Source of the DNA: Candidatus Omnitrophota bacterium
GTDB taxonomy: Bacteria; Omnitrophota; Gorgyraeia; Duberdicusellales; Duberdicusellaceae
DNA: 39,237 nt
NCBI GenBank assembly: GCA_003644445.1
Contig: QNCG01000002.1
Span: 1 to 39,237, forward strand
Direction of reading: 5' to 3'
Shown one piece after another: positions 33,472 through 39,237 of the stretch; position 1 is the stretch's first letter; every line of letters starts with the position of its first letter. The notes below the pieces were generated by a model. That model had not been told where the DNA came from, did not search any database, and saw only the letters and a program-made list of their open reading frames with translations. The position numbers were made by a program, and so were the translations under genes.

Positions 33472-33942
33472 TTATGTTAGTTCCTGCTCTTCTTCTTTCT
33501 TAAAAATCTCTATAAACTCGTGAGGAGTTTTTGCCTCCAATAAAGAGGCTCTCAAAGATTCTTTTTTAAGAAGACGGGTAAGGTGGGCTAATATCTTTAA
33601 GTAATTCTGAACTTCCTCCTTAGGAGTAGCCATAAGAAAAATTAACTTTACTGGCTCCCCATCCAAGGACTTAAAGTCCACGCCTTTATCTATTCTGCCT
33701 ACAGCAATTATAAAGGAATTTACTGCATCTGTACGGGCGTGAGGTAGAGCGAGTTCCAATCCTATGCCCGTAGTTCCTAAATCCTCTCTCTCAAATACAT
33801 CAGCTAAAAACTTATCAAAATCCTTTACCTCAGGAGCTCCTCTAAAGACTTCTGCTAAATTCTTTATTGCTTCCTCCTTAGTTTCTGCCTTTAAACCTAA
33901 AATTATCCTTTCTTCTTTAAGATGTTCGGATATATTTACCAT
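33472..33942 (-). CDS. ptsN: PTS EIIA-Ntr-like protein (PtsN family)
   Basis: It has an EIIA(Fru/Ntr) fold with the phosphorylatable His in GIGLELALPHAR. SD GGAGG lies 4 nt upstream of the ATG. Confidence 0.78.
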   Translation of the reverse strand: MVNISEHLKEERIILGLKAETKEEAIKNLAEVFRGAPEVKDFDKFLADVFEREDLGTTGIGLELALPHARTDAVNSFIIAVGRIDKGVDFKSLDGEPVKLIFLMATPKEEVQNYLKILAHLTRLLKKESLRASLLEAKTPHEFIEIFKKEEEQELT

Positions 33943-33980
33943 TGCTCCTCCTCGATTAAATTGAGGTTTCTAAAAAAGGA

Positions 33981-34009
33981 AGTATGGCACAAAAAAGAGG
34001 ATTTGTCAA
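33981..34009 (-). promoter_or_regulatory. Candidate promoter of the ptsN-cysE-homocysteine operon
   Basis: The minus strand reads TTGACA (34009..34004), N17, CATACT (33986..33981). Confidence 0.45.
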
Positions 34010-34056
34010 GGGTAAGAATTTTGTCTTAAATTTTACAAAAATGAAAGAAGTTTATC

Positions 34057-35589
34057 CTATTTAGTTCTTTCTTTCTTAGGATTGAGGGTAGACAATCTAT
34101 CCTGATACTGAGAAATATTCTGAGGAGTAAATTCACCTTCTTTGACAATCTTGGCGGTAATAAAGATAAGAAGGTCTATCTTTTCAGTATCGGTAGTCTT
34201 TCTTTGGAAAAGATTACCTAACAAAGGAATATCTCCTAAAATAGGCGTCTTATATACACTCTTACTCTTTATGTCTTTAAGTAAACCTCCAATAACTACC
34301 GTCTCTCCATCTTTTAATAAAATCTGGCTTTGGGCTTCTCTGACCAAAATAATAGGGTAATAATCTGTAGTGGTAGTTTCTCCTATCTGGGATTCAGCAG
34401 GAACATTTTGAGAAGAAGAAGTCACTGAAGGATAAATATTTAAAAGAATATTGTCATCTTCACAAATCTGAGGAACTACATTAAACTCTATACCTAAATT
34501 TTGGTAATAATCTAAAGATTTGCTGATTCCTACACTGGTATCACTGGATTCTATACTTGATTTTATAATTGGCCTTCTTTCTCCCACCATAATATAAGCT
34601 TCCTGCCCATCCAAAGTTAAAATTCTGGGAGCTGAAAGAAGATTGGTATGGACATCCTCTTCTAAGGCGTGAAGAATAACTTCAAATTGAGTCCCGGTTA
34701 ATTTTTTGTAAAGTAAGGATAACCCGGCATCAAAAGGCCAAGTCCCAGAAAGGTCAGCTTTTGGGCCAAAAACCGAGGGAGCCTTTTGAGAACTCAAATT
34801 AATAACTCCTAACTCACCAACGACCTTGCCATTACTTTTATCTATGGGTTGATTAGTTAGGGTGCCACTATGAACACTTCCTCCTGTTCCCCAATCAAAT
34901 CCTAAATCCTTCAATACATCTTCGTTTACTTCCATAATCTTAGCTTCTATCAAAACCTGGCGGGGCTTTACATCCATTTCCTTAATTTTTTTTATGAGTT
35001 CTCGCACCTTAGATTGAATATCAGTAATAATTAAGGTATCAGCCCTGATTCTTGCTCCAGTTTCTCTCTCAGCCTTCTCAAACTCACCCTCCAACCCCCC
35101 TCGGGCTCTCCACCCCTTTTGAGGTTCTATCTCCAAAGCTGTGATTTTCCCTTGGGGACTAAGCTGATTCTCTAAAACTTTTTTAACATCCCGAGCATCT
35201 AAATACTTAAGTCTGTAAATTTGAGTCTCTAAGGGTTCTGTCTTTTTAGCTAAAGTCTCTAATTCTCTCCTCTCTGGCAAGGTTTCCAAAGGTACTACTA
35301 GAATATGGTCACCTACATATTCCTTATCTAACTTGTAAGCTCTCATAATTATATCTAAAGCCTCTTCCCAACTCACATTTTTAAGTTGAAGATTTACCGT
35401 TCCTGCTACTTCCGGAGCAGTAATTATATTAATGCCGGCCACCGCCCCTAAACTACTGAGGACCTCTCTAATAGGCGTGTCTTTAAAAGTAAGAACAGGG
35501 ATTTTATCTTCTTGTTCCTGAGAAAATACAGAAAAAAACACACTCACCCATAAAATTCCCAAAACAATAACAAAAAATTTACTTTTCAC
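34057..35589 (-). CDS. pilQ: Secretin (PilQ/GspD family), copy 2
   Basis: It has a signal peptide and N-domain repeats. The secretin domain reads LLSAPRILTLDGQEAYIMVG ... GGLLKDIKSKSVYKTPILGDIPLLGNLFQRKTT. Confidence 0.9.
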   Translation of the reverse strand: MKSKFFVIVLGILWVSVFFSVFSQEQEDKIPVLTFKDTPIREVLSSLGAVAGINIITAPEVAGTVNLQLKNVSWEEALDIIMRAYKLDKEYVGDHILVVPLETLPERRELETLAKKTEPLETQIYRLKYLDARDVKKVLENQLSPQGKITALEIEPQKGWRARGGLEGEFEKAERETGARIRADTLIITDIQSKVRELIKKIKEMDVKPRQVLIEAKIMEVNEDVLKDLGFDWGTGGSVHSGTLTNQPIDKSNGKVVGELGVINLSSQKAPSVFGPKADLSGTWPFDAGLSLLYKKLTGTQFEVILHALEEDVHTNLLSAPRILTLDGQEAYIMVGERRPIIKSSIESSDTSVGISKSLDYYQNLGIEFNVVPQICEDDNILLNIYPSVTSSSQNVPAESQIGETTTTDYYPIILVREAQSQILLKDGETVVIGGLLKDIKSKSVYKTPILGDIPLLGNLFQRKTTDTEKIDLLIFITAKIVKEGEFTPQNISQYQDRLSTLNPKKERTK

Positions 35590-35941
35590 CTTTTCCCTCC
35601 ATTTTTAGAATAATTTCTTTACCTTTCTTGGTTAAAACAACCTCGTCAGGCCTTATCTCCTTTATCCGATAAGGACCAAATACATCTCCCTCTTTAAAAG
35701 AAGCATTATTTATAATAACGAGCCTGTCTTTTTTTTCTTGAGCATAAATAATCCCACTTAATTTCAAATCACCTACTCCTCTTACCAGTTTTAGATTAAT
35801 AATACCTTCCTTATTTATTAAAGGTTCAAAAGGGTCCCTCTCTAAGTCTAGAGGATAGACAAATTCCTTCTCAGCCCTTAAAGGATGGCTAAACAAAAAT
35901 AAAAAAACTAAAAAGAATCCTATTCTCTGACAATTCCCCAT
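35579..35941 (-). CDS. pilP: PilP-like protein, copy 2
   Basis: It has a signal peptide and the RDPFEPL motif. The C-terminus GKEIILKME is identical to copy 1. Confidence 0.7.
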   Translation of the reverse strand: MGNCQRIGFFLVFLFLFSHPLRAEKEFVYPLDLERDPFEPLINKEGIINLKLVRGVGDLKLSGIIYAQEKKDRLVIINNASFKEGDVFGPYRIKEIRPDEVVLTKKGKEIILKMEGKGEK

Positions 35942-36453
35942 AATAACATCTCTACCCTCGTATCAGGAAACTCTCCCTTAATCTCTAATTCCTTAACTCT
36001 TAGATAAAAATCTAATTTCTCCAATCTATTAAGAAACTGGGCTAACTTATGATAGCCCGCATTCAAATTCAAGACAATAGGTAAAGAATAGAATCTACCT
36101 TCAGGAGTCTTTTTAATCTCTTCCAAAGACTGAGGTCTCAATACAGGAATATTTAAACCCATCTCTCGGGAAATCTCATCTATCTTGGCCATTACCAGAT
36201 TAACATCCTCTCCGGAGAGAAATTTCTTTTTAAATTCCTCTATATTTTTGCCCATCAATTCCTTCTGTCTTAAAAGATTAGATTTGTTCTTAAGAGCAAT
36301 CTCCAGATTTTTAAGAGCATTCTTTTTTTCTCTTATCTCTTTGGAAATCTTGCCTAAAATAGAAAATTGAGAAGGCAAAAACACAAAAATATCTGCCCCC
36401 AGTAGAATAACAACTAAGGCTCCTAATATTAAAATTAGTCTATTTTTTTTCAT
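35920..36453 (-). CDS. pilO: PilO-like protein, copy 2
   Basis: It has one TM plus a coiled coil (EIREKKNALKNLEIALKNK) and sits between pilN and pilP. Confidence 0.65.
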   Translation of the reverse strand: MKKNRLILILGALVVILLGADIFVFLPSQFSILGKISKEIREKKNALKNLEIALKNKSNLLRQKELMGKNIEEFKKKFLSGEDVNLVMAKIDEISREMGLNIPVLRPQSLEEIKKTPEGRFYSLPIVLNLNAGYHKLAQFLNRLEKLDFYLRVKELEIKGEFPDTRVEMLLWGIVRE

Positions 36454-37007
36454 TTGCTAAAACTCAATTCAAAATATAAAATGCGTCTATCCTTTATTCT
36501 TCTCATTTCTTGAGAAACAATTTTAATCTTAGGAAAAACTTTTGTTATCTTTGCTACTTTCTTAAGATTATCTATAAATTCTTTTAAAGACAGAGAAACA
36601 TCTTTCTGATAATCTAAAACTGTTCCTTTTATAGTTAAGACCCCCTCCTTAAAAGTAATTTCTTTAAACCAGATATTTATAGGAAGATTGGTATAAATCA
36701 AATACATCAACTCCGAAAAAGAATATCCTGAATTAGCTATACTCCTTAAGCTGTTATATTCCTGAGAAAGTTTAGAGAAATTCTCCTTTAAAGAATTAAT
36801 CTCCTGAAAAAAGGGCATTTTTTTATGCCAGGCAGATTTAATCCTGTTTAAAGTAGTTTTTCTCTGAAAAATAAAAAGGCTCAAAACTAAATTAAAACCT
36901 AATATTACTAACAGCCCTAAAAAAAGATAAGGCATAAGTTTATTAAGACAATTTATAGTCTTTATCTTCTTTTGATACTGTGGAGGAAGTAAATTTATCT
37001 CTATCAT
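36450..37007 (-). CDS. pilN: PilN-like protein
   Basis: It has the canonical N-terminus MIEINLLP followed by a single TM. Confidence 0.75.
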   Translation of the reverse strand: MIEINLLPPQYQKKIKTINCLNKLMPYLFLGLLVILGFNLVLSLFIFQRKTTLNRIKSAWHKKMPFFQEINSLKENFSKLSQEYNSLRSIANSGYSFSELMYLIYTNLPINIWFKEITFKEGVLTIKGTVLDYQKDVSLSLKEFIDNLKKVAKITKVFPKIKIVSQEMRRIKDRRILYFELSFSK

Positions 37008-37018
37008 TTTTCTTTTGA

Positions 37019-38008
37019 TTATAGCAGAGAACTGATAGCTACAGAAAAATTTCCCTTTAATTCTTCTAAATCTTTTTTAATTGAATCTTTACACTTAAAA
37101 TATTTCAAAAGATTAAAAGGGCAAACCTCTATCCCTAAACCTCTAGCTAAAAACTCCTCTATCCCTTTACAGGCGGTGAGCCCTCCGGTAGAGTATATCT
37201 TCTTAACTGCTAAGTTTTCCTTTGTCTCCAAATAATCTAAAGAAAGTTTTATCTCTTCTATCAAATCTGAGCAAACCTCAGAAAGAAGTTCAAGACTGAT
37301 ATCTCTCTGAACAGCAACTAAGTCTCTAAAGTTATTTATAGGCTTTCCTAAAACATTGGAAAGACTCTCTAAAATATCTTTGGCTCCTTTCTTTATCTGC
37401 CGGGATAGATGGATATTATCCTTATAAACTACTGTAATCAAGGAAGAAGAATACCCTAAATCTAATAAACCTGCTGGATAACCTTCCTGGGGAAAAAATT
37501 TGAGGAAAGCGTTACTTAAAACTATGGGAGAAAGAGTAATTTTTAAAGGAATTAAGCCTGCTTCTTCTAAAATTCTGATTTTTTCCTCTACAAAATCTTT
37601 CTTGGCTGAAACGATGAGGAGTTTAAAACTTTCGGATCTGGTTTCTGTGTTATTAAGAATAGAAAAGTCAAAATATACTTCCTCAGCAGAAAAAGGGATA
37701 TATTTGGAAAGCTCATAACTGAGAGACTGCCTTATCATCTTCTTATCCATCCGGGGAAAATCCACTACCCTTACTAATGTAGACGGTCCATCTAAGGAAA
37801 GAATAATATCTGGCAATAAGAAAGATTTGCCGCGAGAAAATTTAGAAAGGGCTTCGGAAAAGTTTTCCTGAAGGTTCTGATATAAAAAGTCTGTTATAAA
37901 ATAACTATCTTTGAATTTATAGCCTGAAACTATTTTTAAAGCAGAAGACCCCCAGTCAATAGAAACTTTTCTAAAAACTGACTGCAAAAAAGGAAGTTTA
38001 ATCTTCAT
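37019..38008 (-). CDS. pilM: PilM-like actin-fold ATPase, copy 2
   Basis: VSIDWGSSALKIV is the phosphate-1 motif, and there is a GG-containing motif near the C-terminus (STGGLTACKG). I chose the ATG at 38008 (MKIKLPF...) over the TTG at 38029. Confidence 0.85.
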   Translation of the reverse strand: MKIKLPFLQSVFRKVSIDWGSSALKIVSGYKFKDSYFITDFLYQNLQENFSEALSKFSRGKSFLLPDIILSLDGPSTLVRVVDFPRMDKKMIRQSLSYELSKYIPFSAEEVYFDFSILNNTETRSESFKLLIVSAKKDFVEEKIRILEEAGLIPLKITLSPIVLSNAFLKFFPQEGYPAGLLDLGYSSSLITVVYKDNIHLSRQIKKGAKDILESLSNVLGKPINNFRDLVAVQRDISLELLSEVCSDLIEEIKLSLDYLETKENLAVKKIYSTGGLTACKGIEEFLARGLGIEVCPFNLLKYFKCKDSIKKDLEELKGNFSVAISSLL

Positions 38009-38016
38009 TTTAAAAT

Positions 38017-38045
38017 AATTATTACACAATATTAAAAAATGTCAA
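38017..38045 (-). promoter_or_regulatory. Candidate promoter of pilMNOP-secretin module 2, very close to the start codon
   Basis: The minus strand reads TTGACA (38045..38040), N17, ATAATT (38022..38017). The ATG at 38008 is only ~9 nt past the -10 and has no SD. Confidence 0.4.
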
Positions 38046-38085
38046 TTATTTTAGGACAAACCTACAGAAATGTTACAAAATTGCT

Positions 38086-38115
38086 TGGAACAAAAATGTT
38101 TGGAACAAAAATGTT
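38086..38115. repeat. Perfect 15-nt tandem duplication TGGAACAAAAATGTT x2; the second copy completes the palindrome GGAACA-AAAA-TGTTCC
   Basis: Read directly: 38086..38100 equals 38101..38115. The palindrome spans 38102..38117, immediately after the TPR gene stop (38121). Confidence 0.85.
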
Positions 38116-38120
38116 CCAGG

Positions 38121-39237
38121 TTAGTCTTTGAAAAGTTCGAGGTGTTCTTCTTTTAATCTGTTTAGATTTTTTTGGGCGGTTTCAAAATCAGGTTCTATCT
38201 CCAAAGCTTTCTGCCAAGTTTTTTTTGCCTCCTCAAATCTCCCTAACTCTATATAAGCAATAGCTAAATTATTATAGTTAAAAACGTACTTAGGGTCTAA
38301 GTTTATGCCTTGCTTCAGGTATTTAACTGCCTCCTTATATAAACCTTTTTTTATAAAAGCTACCCCTATATTAGCATAGGCTTCTCCAAAAGAAGGGTCT
38401 AATTTAATTGCCTTTTTAAATTCTTGAATAGCCTTGTCTATAAGCCCCTTCTTATAATAAACACAACCCAACCTATTATGGGCCTCTACATAATCAGACT
38501 TAAGAGCTACAGCCTTCTTATGTTCTTTAATAGCTAAATCTAAAAATCCCGCCCTTTCCAAAAGGACCCCTACTCCTCTATGGACTGAAGGATTATCAGG
38601 ATAAATCTTAAGCATCTCTAAGGCCAAGGAGAAATCATTTCTCCAAACAGGATGCCGGTTAATAGTAAATGTTGAATAAAATAAAAGAATTAGGATAACT
38701 AAGGTTATCTTAAAAAATCTAAAAGAGTAAACATTAAAGAGCCTAAAAATAAGAATTGAAAACAAAAGACAAAATCCTGGTAAAGGAAGATATAGATAGC
38801 GGCAAGCCATATAATTAACAATTGGCACTATGTTAGCCACCGGAAGAAGAGTAATGAAAAACCAAAAAATAGAGAAAGATAAATATTTTGAAGACTTATA
38901 AGCTCTTATACCTAAAATTAAAATAAATACAATTAAGGCTAAAGAAGATAGCACCCTAACATCGAATAGAGAATAACAAAGCCTTGCTGGATTCTCGGGC
39001 AAAGCCACATAGATATTGATAGGGAAAACCAACCACTGGATATACTGAGCAGCTACTCTCACCATATTAAGAAAATTTATATAGAGATTATCTGCTATAT
39101 ACCTGCCCAGAGGTTCGTCAATATTAAAAATTACAAAGCGAATATAAAGATAAAAGGCTAATATCAAACTGTAGCCTAAAAAATACTTCCTAAAGGTGGT
39201 GAATTCAATTCCTGTCCTCTCTCTAAAAAGAAGAAAA
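38121..39237 (-). CDS. Polytopic membrane protein with C-terminal TPR repeats (5' end outside the window); PMT/TMTC-type glycosyltransferase-like architecture
   Basis: The frame stays open from 39167 to the window edge. There are about six TM segments, then about five TPR units (AIKEHKKAVALKSDYVEAHNRLGCVYYKKG, AIQEFKKAIKLDPSFGEAYANIGVAF, and others). Confidence 0.8.
   Translation of the reverse strand, partial: FLLFRERTGIEFTTFRKYFLGYSLILAFYLYIRFVIFNIDEPLGRYIADNLYINFLNMVRVAAQYIQWLVFPINIYVALPENPARLCYSLFDVRVLSSLALIVFILILGIRAYKSSKYLSFSIFWFFITLLPVANIVPIVNYMACRYLYLPLPGFCLLFSILIFRLFNVYSFRFFKITLVILILLFYSTFTINRHPVWRNDFSLALEMLKIYPDNPSVHRGVGVLLERAGFLDLAIKEHKKAVALKSDYVEAHNRLGCVYYKKGLIDKAIQEFKKAIKLDPSFGEAYANIGVAFIKKGLYKEAVKYLKQGINLDPKYVFNYNNLAIAYIELGRFEEAKKTWQKALEIEPDFETAQKNLNRLKEEHLELFKD

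Noticed and set aside
1365-37718. All other plus-strand ORFs in the track (for example 1365..1547, 2285..2851, 2879..3244, 3731..4180, 4964..5176, 6118..6300, 8769..8978, 11192..11389, 12060..12332, 13775..14035, 16216..16587, 20733..21026, 30236..30454, 31611..31814, 32906..33127, 33764..33964, 34142..34360, 36185..36370, 37500..37718)
   Set aside because: Each lies antisense within a minus-strand gene that has strong family motifs. The translations are low-complexity (S/L/I/K/F-rich), as expected for shadow ORFs in AT-rich DNA.

Overview
This is an AT-rich 39.2-kb segment, probably from an uncultivated anaerobic bacterium; phylum cannot be assigned from sequence alone. Every credible gene (about 47) lies on the minus strand, many with 1-26 nt overlaps, so the window is a few long operons. 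In transcription order (right to left) it contains:
1. A 5'-truncated polytopic membrane/TPR protein.
2. A stand-alone pilM-pilN-pilO-pilP-secretin module.
3. A PtsN-like EIIA, cysE, and the COG1900 plus NIL-ferredoxin homocysteine pair.
4. A 16-gene operon for a membrane-bound group-4 [NiFe]-hydrogenase fused to an Mrp antiporter module. It is headed by AsrA/HydB-like, AsrB/HydG-like and HycB-like electron-input genes.
5. hypA, an N-terminally truncated hypF, hypC, hypD, hypE, a DUF2007 protein, a MazG-like protein, and a HAD::HycI-type endopeptidase fusion.
6. A small lipoprotein and a lipoprotein thermonuclease with an OB-fold tail.
7. A second, complete type IV pilus/T2SS-like operon: HTH, PilZ, PilB with MshEN motifs, PilC, a GspG-like pilin, a PilM-PilN fusion, PilO, PilP and a secretin. 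It ends in three atypical pseudopilins, one of 734 aa.

The left edge carries an orphan copy of the nuclease 3' end. It forms a direct repeat (76 nt perfect) that brackets the 12.9-kb pilus operon. Short nucleotide-level repeats and palindromes sit in the few intergenic gaps. I saw no rRNA, tRNA, CRISPR array, transposase or integrase. The main candidates for something new are the NAD(P)H-module-linked Mrp/Mbh hydrogenase with its unusual maturation set, and the c-di-GMP-wired pilus machine with a giant pseudopilin next to a secreted nuclease.
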